Shown: in pieces, positions 54,972-64,000 of the stretch
How positions within the stretch are numbered: the first letter of the stretch is position 1
How the letters are laid out: each line of letters opens with the position of its first letter
Origin: Candidatus Amesbacteria bacterium GW2011_GWB1_47_19
GTDB lineage: Bacteria > Patescibacteriota > Microgenomatia > CAZETR01 > Amesbacteraceae
Assembly: GCA_001002325.1 (NCBI GenBank)
Contig: LCNZ01000002.1
Span: forward strand, 7,093-71,092
Length of the DNA stretch: 64,000 nt
Reading direction: 5' to 3'
The notes under the pieces: model-generated
The model's database searches: none
What the model saw: only the letters and a program-made list of their open reading frames with translations
Told to the model about the DNA's origin: nothing
Made by a program: the position numbers and the translations under genes

Positions 54972-56230
54972 TCGGGGCAGGTTTTGTCGGACTAAGTGCG
55001 GCATATCATCTCGCGAAATCAGGTCATCAGGTTACAGTGTTTGAAAAAGAAGCTCAATCCGCCGGCTTGGCTATGGGTTTCAAAGAACCCGAATGGCAAT
55101 GGAGTTTAGAAAAGCACTATCACCATTTTTTTGTCTCCGACCACCATATCCGGAACCTGGCGGCTAAAATCGGCCACCGCGTAAATTTTGTCAGACCAAT
55201 AACCTCCACCTATCTCGACGGCGAAATATTCCAGCTCGATTCCCCCTTAAGCTTACTCCGTTTCCCCAAATTGACGCTTTCCGGGAGGCTGCGTATGGGC
55301 GCGGTTTTGGCCTATTTAAAATTATCCCCAGATTGGCAATCACTCAAAAATATCCCTGCTTCAGTATTTATTCCCAAATTCATGGGTCAAAAAGCTTGGG
55401 ACATAGTCTGGAAGCCGTTATTCAAAGGTAAATTCGGCAAATATTATAAACAAATCAATTCCGCCTGGTTTTGGGCTCGTATTCATCCCCGTTCCTCGTC
55501 GCTGGGTTATCCCGAAGGCGGCTTCCAGGCTTTGGCTCTGCATTTACAAAACGTTGCTCAGGCCGCCGGAGCTGAATTTGTTTTTTCCACCGGCATCAGT
55601 CGCGTTTCCCCGGCTGGTAAAAACCGGCTGCGCATTTCTACCGATACCCAAAAGTATTTTGACTTTGACAAAGTTATTTGTTCCCTGACCACGCCGTTTT
55701 TTACCCGGATAGTTGATTTGCCGGCCGACTACCTGGCCCGACTCAAACCTCTTATAGGATTGGGTGCAGTGAATCTGATCTTATCTTTAAAACAGAAATT
55801 CCTCCCGGGCGTCTATTGGTTAAACATCAACGAACCGGGCTTCCCCTTTTTGGCCGTTGTCGAACACACCAATTATATGAGCCCCGAATATTACAACGGC
55901 GATCGGTTGGTTTATATCGGTAATTACCTGCCGCCTGAACACCCCTATTTCCAAAAAGACAGCCCGGCGTTATTGAAAGTATTTACTCCTTATCTTAAAC
56001 AAATCAATCCGGATTTTTCCCAGAATTGGGTCAAAAAATCCTGGGTTTGGAAAGCCTCTTTTGCCCAACCGATCGTGACCAGCGGTTATTATCACCAAAT
56101 ACCTCCCATGATTACTCCGGTTAAAAATCTCTTTTTAGCCAATATGCAGCAGATTTATCCGTGGGACCGGGGAACAAACTATGCGGTAGAATTGGGGGAG
56201 AAAGCCGCTCGCCATGCATCATCAGCTTAA
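54956..56230 (+). CDS. FAD-dependent oxidoreductase (HemY/amine-oxidase-like fold)
   Basis: IIGAGFVGLSAAY...VFEK, EKHYHHFF, GYPEGGF, YPWDRGTNYAV motifs. Confidence 0.85.
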   Translation: MEIGIIGAGFVGLSAAYHLAKSGHQVTVFEKEAQSAGLAMGFKEPEWQWSLEKHYHHFFVSDHHIRNLAAKIGHRVNFVRPITSTYLDGEIFQLDSPLSLLRFPKLTLSGRLRMGAVLAYLKLSPDWQSLKNIPASVFIPKFMGQKAWDIVWKPLFKGKFGKYYKQINSAWFWARIHPRSSSLGYPEGGFQALALHLQNVAQAAGAEFVFSTGISRVSPAGKNRLRISTDTQKYFDFDKVICSLTTPFFTRIVDLPADYLARLKPLIGLGAVNLILSLKQKFLPGVYWLNINEPGFPFLAVVEHTNYMSPEYYNGDRLVYIGNYLPPEHPYFQKDSPALLKVFTPYLKQINPDFSQNWVKKSWVWKASFAQPIVTSGYYHQIPPMITPVKNLFLANMQQIYPWDRGTNYAVELGEKAARHASSA

Positions 56231-57479
56231 ATCTCTGATTCAAACCGCCACTTTCCGTCAATCGGTCATTACCCTGGGCAGTACCGTTACCAGCGGAGGC
56301 TTGGGAGCCCTGTTTTTCTTTATCCTCGCCCGGTTTTTGGGTAGTCAGCAATACGGTGCCTTCTCCACCGCCTGTGTTTTGATTATTATGCTGTCTTCCG
56401 TTATGGATCTGGGAACCAGCCAGGGATTGGTAAAATTTTCCCGCAAGTATGCCGGGGATCCCGAAAAAAGCGAGGCGGTCATCAAATCAACTTTACTCAT
56501 TAAACTCGTCTCGGGATCAGTTATTTCAATGATTCTCTTGTTTTTTGCAGTTCCCCTGGCCGGCAATATTTTTCACCATCCGGAATTGGCCCCCTATTTT
56601 TCCGTCTCCGGTCTGGGGATTATGGGATCATTGCTGTTTTCTTTCGCTTATTCCCTGGCCCAGTCCCGGGGTTTATATATTCTCTGGGGAAGCATTTTTG
56701 TCTGGCCGAATTTTCTCAGGTTGTTGGCACTTCTGGTTCTCATCCGGTTCGGATGGCTTACGGGGATATCCGCACTCTGGCTCTATATAATCACCCCTTT
56801 TGTCGCCTTCATCGGCAGCCTGTTTTTTACGGACCGGAAATTCATTTCCGTATCGTTTCAGCCGGGGTTAATCGGCGAATTTTTCAGTTTTAACAAGTGG
56901 ATTACTCTGACATCAGTCATATCCACCGTCGGCTCCAGGGTGGAAGCATTATTAACCGCCGGTTTTTTGACCCTTTCAGCCACCGGCAATTACGCTCTGG
57001 CCGTGCAGATGGTTACCCTGGTTCCCCAGCTTAGCTCCGCTTTCGGGGCGGTTACTACACCAAAATTTGCCTCATTTACCAATATCCGGGATAACCGCCG
57101 TTATCTTGTCAAAACCACTCTGCTCACCATGCTGGCTGCCGCCGGTGTGATCCTATGCCTTATCCCCGCCGCCTGGATTTTAATCAGATTGATCGGAAGC
57201 CAATATCAACAGGCTTTTACTCCCTTTTTACTACTTTTAGGGGGTATGGCTTTATTTCTGGCCTCGTCTCCCTTACGGGACAGTCTTACCTATTATTTCG
57301 GCAGACCCGGATTTTTTGCTCTTTGGAGTTTGATTGCCCTGCTTATTACCGTCTGTCTTTCGCTCTGGTTGATCCCGGCGCTGGGTATTATCGGATCGGG
57401 CGCGGTGGTTCTGATAATTCAGATTCTGGGGGTGTTAGCCGCCTGGATTTATTACCGCTGGATTTCCCGACACCAATGA
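56214..57479 (+). CDS. Wzx-type flippase
   Basis: ARFLGSQQYGAFS, DLGTSQG, TGNYALA motifs; paralogue of 53697..54971. Confidence 0.85.
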   Translation: MHHQLKSLIQTATFRQSVITLGSTVTSGGLGALFFFILARFLGSQQYGAFSTACVLIIMLSSVMDLGTSQGLVKFSRKYAGDPEKSEAVIKSTLLIKLVSGSVISMILLFFAVPLAGNIFHHPELAPYFSVSGLGIMGSLLFSFAYSLAQSRGLYILWGSIFVWPNFLRLLALLVLIRFGWLTGISALWLYIITPFVAFIGSLFFTDRKFISVSFQPGLIGEFFSFNKWITLTSVISTVGSRVEALLTAGFLTLSATGNYALAVQMVTLVPQLSSAFGAVTTPKFASFTNIRDNRRYLVKTTLLTMLAAAGVILCLIPAAWILIRLIGSQYQQAFTPFLLLLGGMALFLASSPLRDSLTYYFGRPGFFALWSLIALLITVCLSLWLIPALGIIGSGAVVLIIQILGVLAAWIYYRWISRHQ

Positions 57480-58309
57480 CCGGACCTTCGCTGACCGTCC
57501 ATTGTCTGGTAAAAAACGAACAGCGCTGGATCTGGTTTGCCCTCAAGTCAATATTAGATTATGCGGACGAGATATTGGTTTGGGACACAGGCTCCACGGA
57601 CCGGACTGTGGAAACAGTGAATGGTTTAAACTCTCCCAAAATTAAATTTAAACAGATGGCCGTATCATCCCCGGAAGAACACACAGCTCTCCGCCAGCAG
57701 ATGTTAAAGGCTACACATTCGGATTGGTTTTTTATTCTGGACGGGGATGAAGTCTGGTGGAGAGAATCGGTTAGACAGGTCAGGGAAGCCATTAAAAATA
57801 ATCCCGGTATGGCGGGAATTATCACCCCTTTTTATAACGCAGTCGGTGATGTGTTTCACCATCAAACTCCTGACGCAATTCATTATCGCATCCACGAGTT
57901 TTTCGGGGGTTTCACCATCCGGGCCATCAACCGCCGCCTTCCGGGTTTGCACCTGGCCAATCCCCACGGCCGCCAGGAATACCGCACCCGCGGGATTGCC
58001 CTGCAGAATCTACCCCGGCACCGCTTGTTGTTTGTTGATGCTCCGTATCTTCATCTGACTCATTTGCACCGGTCCGTGGGCAGGTCCCACGATAGGTCAA
58101 CCTTAAAGAGGGTAATGAAGTATCGTTATGAATTGGGGACAAACTTCCCCCATGATTTTGTATTCCCTGACGTTTTTTATCTTACCCGGTCGGATACTGC
58201 CCCTTCCCCTTTCATCCGCCGTTCGGTATTCTACACTACAATTGCCGCTGCCATCACCCCTCTCAGATGGATAAAATCCCGGGTTACTCCTCACCGCGAA
58301 AGCTATTGA
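57476..58309 (+). CDS. GT2 glycosyltransferase
   Basis: ATGA overlap start. VKNEQRWI, DTGSTD, LDGDE, YLHLTHL motifs. Confidence 0.85.
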   Translation: MTGPSLTVHCLVKNEQRWIWFALKSILDYADEILVWDTGSTDRTVETVNGLNSPKIKFKQMAVSSPEEHTALRQQMLKATHSDWFFILDGDEVWWRESVRQVREAIKNNPGMAGIITPFYNAVGDVFHHQTPDAIHYRIHEFFGGFTIRAINRRLPGLHLANPHGRQEYRTRGIALQNLPRHRLLFVDAPYLHLTHLHRSVGRSHDRSTLKRVMKYRYELGTNFPHDFVFPDVFYLTRSDTAPSPFIRRSVFYTTIAAAITPLRWIKSRVTPHRESY

Positions 58310-58313
58310 CCTT

Positions 58314-59057
58314 GTGAATACTCAGTCTCAGTATCCCGGACACCATATTTTGGATGATGCCGGACCCATGGCGGGTTACTCCCGCTGGGTTATGAATATG
58401 TTCAAAGATTATTGGGGGAAAGATATTTTGGAAATCGGCAGCGGCATCGGTACCATGTCCGCCCTGTTGCCTGCCGGCGCATCCGTTACCCTTACCGAAA
58501 CAGATCCGGCTTATATTTCCGTACTCAGGAAAAAATTTGATTTTCCGGTCTATCGCTGGGATGCCCAAAATCCTCCTCCGCGGCCATTGTCGTCATCCGG
58601 TTTTGACGTGGTTTTTACAGCCAACGTTTTAGAACACATTCCCGACCACCGGGCGGTACTAAAAAGTATTTTTAAACTGTTACGCCCCGGTGGCCGGCTT
58701 TTAATTTACGTCCCGGCCAAACAAATAATTTTCGGCACCCTGGACCAAGCATTAGGTCATTGCCGGCGATATGAAAAAGATGAGTTTATCAAATTGCTTT
58801 CGGATCTTAAATTTAGCATCATTACAGCCCGCTACTGCAATCTGCCGGGATTTTTCGGTTGGTGGGTGGTAGGGAAAATTTTGCGATTACACCGCTCACG
58901 GTTACTCGCCAAAGTATTTGATATTATTTTTACCCCATGGCTGTACTTTGAAGAACGGCTCAGCCTGCCATTCGGTCAGAACCTGATAGTTGTGGCTGCC
59001 AAACCAGACCATACTTCATCACACACCCCAGGGCTGTCATACCATCCTTCCAGTTGA
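58314..59057 (+). CDS. Class I SAM methyltransferase
   Basis: LEIGSGIG, NVLEHI, YVPA...GTLDQALGHCRRY motifs. Confidence 0.88.
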   Translation: MNTQSQYPGHHILDDAGPMAGYSRWVMNMFKDYWGKDILEIGSGIGTMSALLPAGASVTLTETDPAYISVLRKKFDFPVYRWDAQNPPPRPLSSSGFDVVFTANVLEHIPDHRAVLKSIFKLLRPGGRLLIYVPAKQIIFGTLDQALGHCRRYEKDEFIKLLSDLKFSIITARYCNLPGFFGWWVVGKILRLHRSRLLAKVFDIIFTPWLYFEERLSLPFGQNLIVVAAKPDHTSSHTPGLSYHPSS

Positions 59058-59688
59058 TTTTCTTGCCCTCATCATATCCCCTGCCGGAATAACTGATACC
59101 CACTTCATAAATTTTATAACCCATTCTGGAGACTTTAATGGTAAATTCCGGCTCAAATCCGAAACGGTTTTCCGCTATGGTAATGTTTTTAGCCACTTCT
59201 CTGGTAAAGGCTTTATAACAGGTTTCCATATCCGTGAAATTCATGTTGGTGACGGCATTGACCAGCAGTGTCAGCAGTTTATTTCCCACCATATGCCAGA
59301 AATACAATACTCGGTGCGGCCGGAAAGAAATGAATCTCGAGCCGAATACGACATCCGCTTTTCCCTCCTTGATAGGCTCAACTAATAGTTTATATTCATT
59401 CGGGTCGTATTCCAGGTCTGCGTCCTGAATGACGACTATGTCTCCCGTGATTAATTTCAACCCGTCTCTGATTGCCGCCCCCTTACCCTGATTTTTGGCT
59501 TTAGTTATCAGTTTTATTTTTTTGTCCCGCAGCTTTTTCAATTCTCTGTCAGTACCGTCGGTTGAAGCATCATCTACAATAATCACCTCCTTCAGTATCC
59601 CGTCGACTTTAGCCCTCAGCACCCGGTTTACCAGTTCTATCACCGTGCCGACTTCATTGTATACTGGAATTATTACCGACAGCTTCAT
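58960..59688 (-). CDS. GT2, polyprenol-phosphate sugar synthase (DPM1-like)
   Basis: LSVIIPVYNE, NQGKGAA, QDADLEYDP, GSRF, TDMETCYK, RFGFEPE, GKKI motifs; TATAAT 8 nt upstream of ATG 59688. Confidence 0.92.
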   Translation of the reverse strand: MKLSVIIPVYNEVGTVIELVNRVLRAKVDGILKEVIIVDDASTDGTDRELKKLRDKKIKLITKAKNQGKGAAIRDGLKLITGDIVVIQDADLEYDPNEYKLLVEPIKEGKADVVFGSRFISFRPHRVLYFWHMVGNKLLTLLVNAVTNMNFTDMETCYKAFTREVAKNITIAENRFGFEPEFTIKVSRMGYKIYEVGISYSGRGYDEGKKINWKDGMTALGCVMKYGLVWQPQLSGSDRMAG

Positions 59689-59708
59689 TGCAGGCAATTA
59701 TATCTTAA

Positions 59709-60719
59709 ATGAAAATTTCTTTTTTAAGTGTTGGTAGCGGTCAGGTTAATCGTGGGGCTGAGTCGTTTGTTCATTATCTCGCCAACCACCTCTCGCGGCT
59801 CGATCATCAGATCACCGTACATCAGAACGGTGACCCCCTGATCAACTGTACTTATCGTACCGAATCGTACCACCTGGATTCATTTTCTATCCGCGATTTT
59901 ACCGCCCAAGTTCTCAAAAACATCGGTAGTCCGGACATTCTGATTCCCGTAAATGGTCGTTGGCAAAGCGGGCTTTGCCGCCTGTGGGCTTTCAGAAATA
60001 AAACTAAAATGGTTATATCTGGGCAATCCGGACTCGGTTTGGATGACCGGATAAATCTGTATACCTGTCCTGACGCTTTTGTTGCCCTCTCGAATTATCA
60101 ATTAAATTGGGCCAAAAGGATAAACCCCTTCGTCCGGGTGGTCAGAATTCCGAATGGAGTAGATCCGGAAATTTTTCATCCCTCTGCCGAAAAAGTGAAT
60201 ATTGAATTACCCCGACCTATAATCTTGTGTGTCAGCGCCTTGGAAGAAAATAAACGCCTGCATTTGGCTGTAAAGGCAGTAGCCGGTATGCGCCGGGGGT
60301 CACTGTTAATTATCGGTCGCGGCAGTCTGATAAATCCGCTTACGAGTTTGGGAATGCGTCTGCTGCCGGGTCGTTTTTCAATCATGTCATTGCCCCAACA
60401 TTTAATGCCCGGGGTGTTTACCGCGGCTGACTTATTTACTTATCCCACGGTAGCCTGGGAGTCATTTGGTATCGCTTTGTTGGAAGCCATGGCTTCCGGA
60501 TTGGCGATAGTAGCCAACAACGACCCAATCCGCAGGGAAATAGTTGGTGATGCCGGCTTGTTCGCCGATCCCTCGGATTCCGGAGCATACACCTCTACCC
60601 TGAACCAGGCGCTGTCTTATCGGTGGGGTAAAAAACCTCTTCTGCGGGCTCAAAAATATGCCTGGAGTAAAATTGTCCTGGATTACGATAAACTATTCAA
60701 AACTATATGCTATCGATAA
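59709..60719 (+). CDS. GT4 glycosyltransferase
   Basis: RGAE, IPNGVD, ESFGIALLEAMASG motifs. Confidence 0.9.
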   Translation: MKISFLSVGSGQVNRGAESFVHYLANHLSRLDHQITVHQNGDPLINCTYRTESYHLDSFSIRDFTAQVLKNIGSPDILIPVNGRWQSGLCRLWAFRNKTKMVISGQSGLGLDDRINLYTCPDAFVALSNYQLNWAKRINPFVRVVRIPNGVDPEIFHPSAEKVNIELPRPIILCVSALEENKRLHLAVKAVAGMRRGSLLIIGRGSLINPLTSLGMRLLPGRFSIMSLPQHLMPGVFTAADLFTYPTVAWESFGIALLEAMASGLAIVANNDPIRREIVGDAGLFADPSDSGAYTSTLNQALSYRWGKKPLLRAQKYAWSKIVLDYDKLFKTICYR

Positions 60720-61477
60720 GTATCATCGCAAAAAACGCTTCCCGGACTCTGCCTGCATGTATTCAAAGCACCCGGGGATTGTGTGACGATGTGGTCGTGG
60801 TCGTAGACTCTTCAACTTGGGATGACACCGTCAAAACGGCTTCCGGTCTCGGCGCCAGGGTATATGTCAGGAAATTTGACAACTTTTCCTCCCAAAAAAA
60901 TTTCGCCGTTTCCAAATGCCGTTACCGCTGGATATTGGCGTTGGATGCAGATGAAACAGTCACGCCTCGGCTGGCGGAAGAAATAATGCAAGTGTTGCCC
61001 GGCACCCGGTACTCGGCATTTTCAATTCCCCGCATAAATTATATTTTTGGCCGGCCGATTTGTCATACAAATTGGTCTCCCGAAACAGACCGGCACATTT
61101 GGTTGTTTGACAAAACCAAAGCAGGTTGGTCCTCCGCTGTTCACGAACAGGTCCTGGTAACCGGTCCGGTGGGTCGGCTCAAAAATCCTAAAACCCACTT
61201 AAACTATCAGTCGGTGGAGCAATTCATCGCCAAAATGAACCAATATACCAGCCTCGAAATAAATTCCGGTAAACGCTCTTTGACTGCCCGCCTGATCCGC
61301 TCCCACTGGTTGAGAGTCTTTTTTCAGCCTAAGTGGAAATTTATCCGGCATTATTTTCTTTACTTGGGTTTTCTCGACGGCTGGCACGGTCTGTTCCTGA
61401 GTTATCTTATGGCCATCTACGGATTAACTTTAACCGTCAAGTCATGGCAAAAACAAACAGGTATTTACCGATCCTGA
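60707..61477 (+). CDS. GT2 glycosyltransferase (WaaE/KdtX-like)
   Basis: FSSQKN, LDADE, VHE, GFLDGWHG motifs; paralogue of 8978..9778. Confidence 0.9.
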   Translation: MLSISIIAKNASRTLPACIQSTRGLCDDVVVVVDSSTWDDTVKTASGLGARVYVRKFDNFSSQKNFAVSKCRYRWILALDADETVTPRLAEEIMQVLPGTRYSAFSIPRINYIFGRPICHTNWSPETDRHIWLFDKTKAGWSSAVHEQVLVTGPVGRLKNPKTHLNYQSVEQFIAKMNQYTSLEINSGKRSLTARLIRSHWLRVFFQPKWKFIRHYFLYLGFLDGWHGLFLSYLMAIYGLTLTVKSWQKQTGIYRS

Positions 61478-62832
61478 TCATCCTCCTTTTGGGATTGGGA
61501 CTGAGGCTGATCAACATCAATCAAAGCTTTTGGTTGGATGAAGCCAGCCAGGCTAATCTTTCCTCGCTGCCTCTGCATCAGATATGGTATGGAAGGGGAG
61601 GGGACTTCCATCCGCCCCTATTTTACTTTTTGGTCCATACCTGGCTTATATTTGGCCGTTCAGAAATTTGGCTCAGAACTTTACCCCTCACTTTCGGGAT
61701 AGCCAATATTTTCATTATTTACCTGTTGGCCAGGGATTTATTTCCTCAAATGGAATCAAAAATTAGATATCTGTCGGCATTATTGTTAGCCATATCACCG
61801 TTTCATATTTATTATTCCCAGGAATTACGGATGTATTCGTTGCTCTGTCTGTTGGGAACAATGTCTATGTACTTTTTCTTCCGCCGTCGCTATCTGCTCC
61901 TGAGCGTATTCAATACCCTGCTTTTATATACTCATTACTCAGCCATATTCCTTATCGCAACCCAGCTAATTTACGTAGTTATGTATTCCCGAAAAGAATT
62001 AAAATCATTCACTTTCTCATTTCTCCTTTCCGCTTTCTCGTATCTGCCTTGGTTGCCCCAATTCTATCGCCAGCTGAATTCGGGACTTAACATCGACACT
62101 TATTTGCCGGGGTGGCGTCAGGTACTCAGTATTTCTCCCCTCAAAGCTTTTCCGGTAATAGTATTCAAACTGGTCGCCGGGCGTATCAGTTTTATCTCCA
62201 GAATCGTATATGGGATATATATAGTTTTTGTCTTCACCGTCACCTTTCTGGCATTGGTCATATCACCCCGTCCCAAACGCCAGCTGGTTATCTGGGTCTT
62301 TTTTCCCGTGATACTGCTGCTTTTGACGTCACTGGCACTGCCTCAAAATCAGCCCTTCAGGGTAATTTATGTTTTACCGGGTTTTATCTTACTTTTTGCC
62401 CGGGCTTGCATCCGCTATCCCAAGTTGATTGTGACTCTTGTTTGTTACATTTTTATCGTGGGCGATATTGCTTACTTCACCCGTCCTCGTCTCCAGCGGG
62501 AAAACTGGCGTGATGCATCTGCTTTTTTATCCCGACAGCAGACAGCCGTCGTGGTAAAATTTTCGGATAGATTCGCTCCTCTGGCCTGGTATGCTCCGGA
62601 TTTACCCGTGGTTGGGCCGGTATCGACTTTTCCCGCTGCATACCAACCGGTTTTTGAGAAACTCGGTCCGGCGTTAGCCACCTCAACCCGGGTTTATCTG
62701 CTGCAATACTTGACAGATCTCACAGACCCCCACAGGGAAGTAGACCGGGTTATAGAAAACCTGGGTTTCAGCCAAACCAAAATTCATGATTTTTCGGGTG
62801 TTGGTTTTATTTACGAATATTCCCGGCAATGA
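61444..62832 (+). CDS. GT-C glycosyltransferase, ArnT/PMT-like
   Basis: QSFWLDEAS, DFHPPLFY, SPFHIYYSQELRMYSL, YTHY, RENWR motifs; ATG 61444. Confidence 0.88.
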   Translation: MAKTNRYLPILIILLLGLGLRLININQSFWLDEASQANLSSLPLHQIWYGRGGDFHPPLFYFLVHTWLIFGRSEIWLRTLPLTFGIANIFIIYLLARDLFPQMESKIRYLSALLLAISPFHIYYSQELRMYSLLCLLGTMSMYFFFRRRYLLLSVFNTLLLYTHYSAIFLIATQLIYVVMYSRKELKSFTFSFLLSAFSYLPWLPQFYRQLNSGLNIDTYLPGWRQVLSISPLKAFPVIVFKLVAGRISFISRIVYGIYIVFVFTVTFLALVISPRPKRQLVIWVFFPVILLLLTSLALPQNQPFRVIYVLPGFILLFARACIRYPKLIVTLVCYIFIVGDIAYFTRPRLQRENWRDASAFLSRQQTAVVVKFSDRFAPLAWYAPDLPVVGPVSTFPAAYQPVFEKLGPALATSTRVYLLQYLTDLTDPHREVDRVIENLGFSQTKIHDFSGVGFIYEYSRQ

Positions 62833-64000
62833 TCTTCATCCTTCTGCAGCTTTTACATGCCGGTATTCTTCTTCGTCTCGAGTCCTTTATCTATCCCGAA
62901 TTCTTTGTCTATCCTTACCTGACGCTATCCGGATTGGTCCCGTACCGCCAGATAATAGATCAGCATTTTCCGGGTTTATTTTTCCTGCCCGTCAATTTCG
63001 CTTCGCTCGGATTCAACACGCCGGTATCCTTCCGGACACTTCTCATACTTATGGTGCTGTTTCAATCTGCCCTGATCGCTGTAATTGCCCGCAGAGTCTC
63101 CCGCAGCCGGTTGGCTGCCGTTTTCTCGGTAATTGCTTATACTGTCTGGCAGCCGGTTTTTTTCGGCAATCACTTGTGGTTGGAATCTTTTATTTCACCT
63201 CTTTCGTTGTCTGCATATTTTTTCTGGACGGGACATAATTTATTTTGGTCGGGCTTATTCCTCGGTCTGGCAGTTTTATTCAAACAATCACTTCTATTAC
63301 CGCTCGTTTGTCTGACTGCGTACCTGCTTTTCAGGCATCGTCTGGTGGAAGCAATCAGGTTTTTTTCAGGTGGTTTAGCGCCATTGTTTTTGATTTCTGT
63401 TTACTTCTCCGCCCGGGGATTGTTCCCCGATTTTTTCTTTTGGACGGTAATGTTTAATCTGGTTTATGCCGTCAGGTCTTTTTCGTTGCCTTCATTGTCT
63501 ATCATATTGCAGCTCGTCCTGCCTGTAGTGTTGGTTATTTCATCAATGATCCTGGTCAAACCCCGGCACCGCCTGATGGGATTGGCAGTCTGGGGACTGT
63601 TGCTCATCCCCGGAGGTCTGTCCCGTTTTGATTTTACCCGCATCCAGGCTGCCGTACCCTTTCTTTCATTACTGACGGGAATCCTCTTAGCCTATCTGAT
63701 TTCAAAAAGAAAATGGTCGGCACTCAGCCTGATCGCTCTTTGTCTTGGTTTTTATATCGGTTTATTTTATCTGCGCCAGGCTAATTGGGGGCAGTACCGG
63801 TTTTTTAATAATGAAACTTTGATTCTGGCGGAAAAAATAAAAACTTTGTCGCAGCCGGGAGATATAATTTTCCTGTTGGGAACCCAACCTCATTTATATT
63901 TTTTAACACGGACGCTACCCCCCGGTAATTTCTTTGCTTATCAGTTACCCTGGTACTTGCCTCTGACTACAAACCGGACTTTGTTTACTCTGGCTGACGA
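62829..64000 (+). CDS. GT-C fold membrane glycosyltransferase; runs off the window edge
   Basis: Not in the ORF track. ATGA overlap start, then MIFILLQLLHAGILLRLESFIYPEFFVYPYLTLSGLVPYRQIIDQHFPG...GLAVLFKQ; appears open to the end of the window. Confidence 0.8.
   Translation, partial: MIFILLQLLHAGILLRLESFIYPEFFVYPYLTLSGLVPYRQIIDQHFPGLFFLPVNFASLGFNTPVSFRTLLILMVLFQSALIAVIARRVSRSRLAAVFSVIAYTVWQPVFFGNHLWLESFISPLSLSAYFFWTGHNLFWSGLFLGLAVLFKQSLLLPLVCLTAYLLFRHRLVEAIRFFSGGLAPLFLISVYFSARGLFPDFFFWTVMFNLVYAVRSFSLPSLSIILQLVLPVVLVISSMILVKPRHRLMGLAVWGLLLIPGGLSRFDFTRIQAAVPFLSLLTGILLAYLISKRKWSALSLIALCLGFYIGLFYLRQANWGQYRFFNNETLILAEKIKTLSQPGDIIFLLGTQPHLYFLTRTLPPGNFFAYQLPWYLPLTTNRTLFTLAD

Noticed and set aside
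974-63457. Numerous 60-150 aa ORFs nested in or antisense to long genes
   Set aside because: They lie within motif-supported CDSs and show no recognisable motifs or independent start signals.

Overview
The whole 64-kb window is one cell-surface glycosylation locus from a bacterium using genetic code 11. Arrays of ArnT/PMT-like GT-C genes, compact overlapping genes and leaderless starts suggest Patescibacteria/CPR, Microgenomates-like (inference). Two GC-richer flanks (about 1-12 kb and 52.5-64 kb) encode GT-C, GT2 and GT4 transferases and Wzx flippases, and carry in-frame 7-8-bp tandem repeats plus one palindromic insert. Between them is a visibly AT-richer block of about 40 kb with mixed gene orientations, encoding nucleotide-sugar synthesis and tailoring enzymes. 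The main candidate system is a cassette at 21.5-29.5 kb: GmhB, transaldolase, a divergent SIS isomerase, a Gfo/Idh/MocA oxidoreductase, a GHMP kinase, a nucleotidyltransferase, an NAD epimerase, an SDR and a UDP-glucose-dehydrogenase homologue lacking its catalytic Cys. Family for family this matches the lincomycin GDP-octose pathway (LmbK/R/N/Z/P/O/M/L), with an SDR where the aminotransferase would be, suggesting a deoxy-octose building block for a surface glycan. A second rare-sugar module (SIS, Rpe, nucleotidyltransferase-kinase fusion, KdsC-like phosphatase) follows. It is interrupted by orphan genes, two of which are preceded by a duplicated 70-bp hairpin element. I saw no rRNA, tRNA, CRISPR array, integrase or transposase. 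All functional calls come from reading motifs by eye; no database searches were run.
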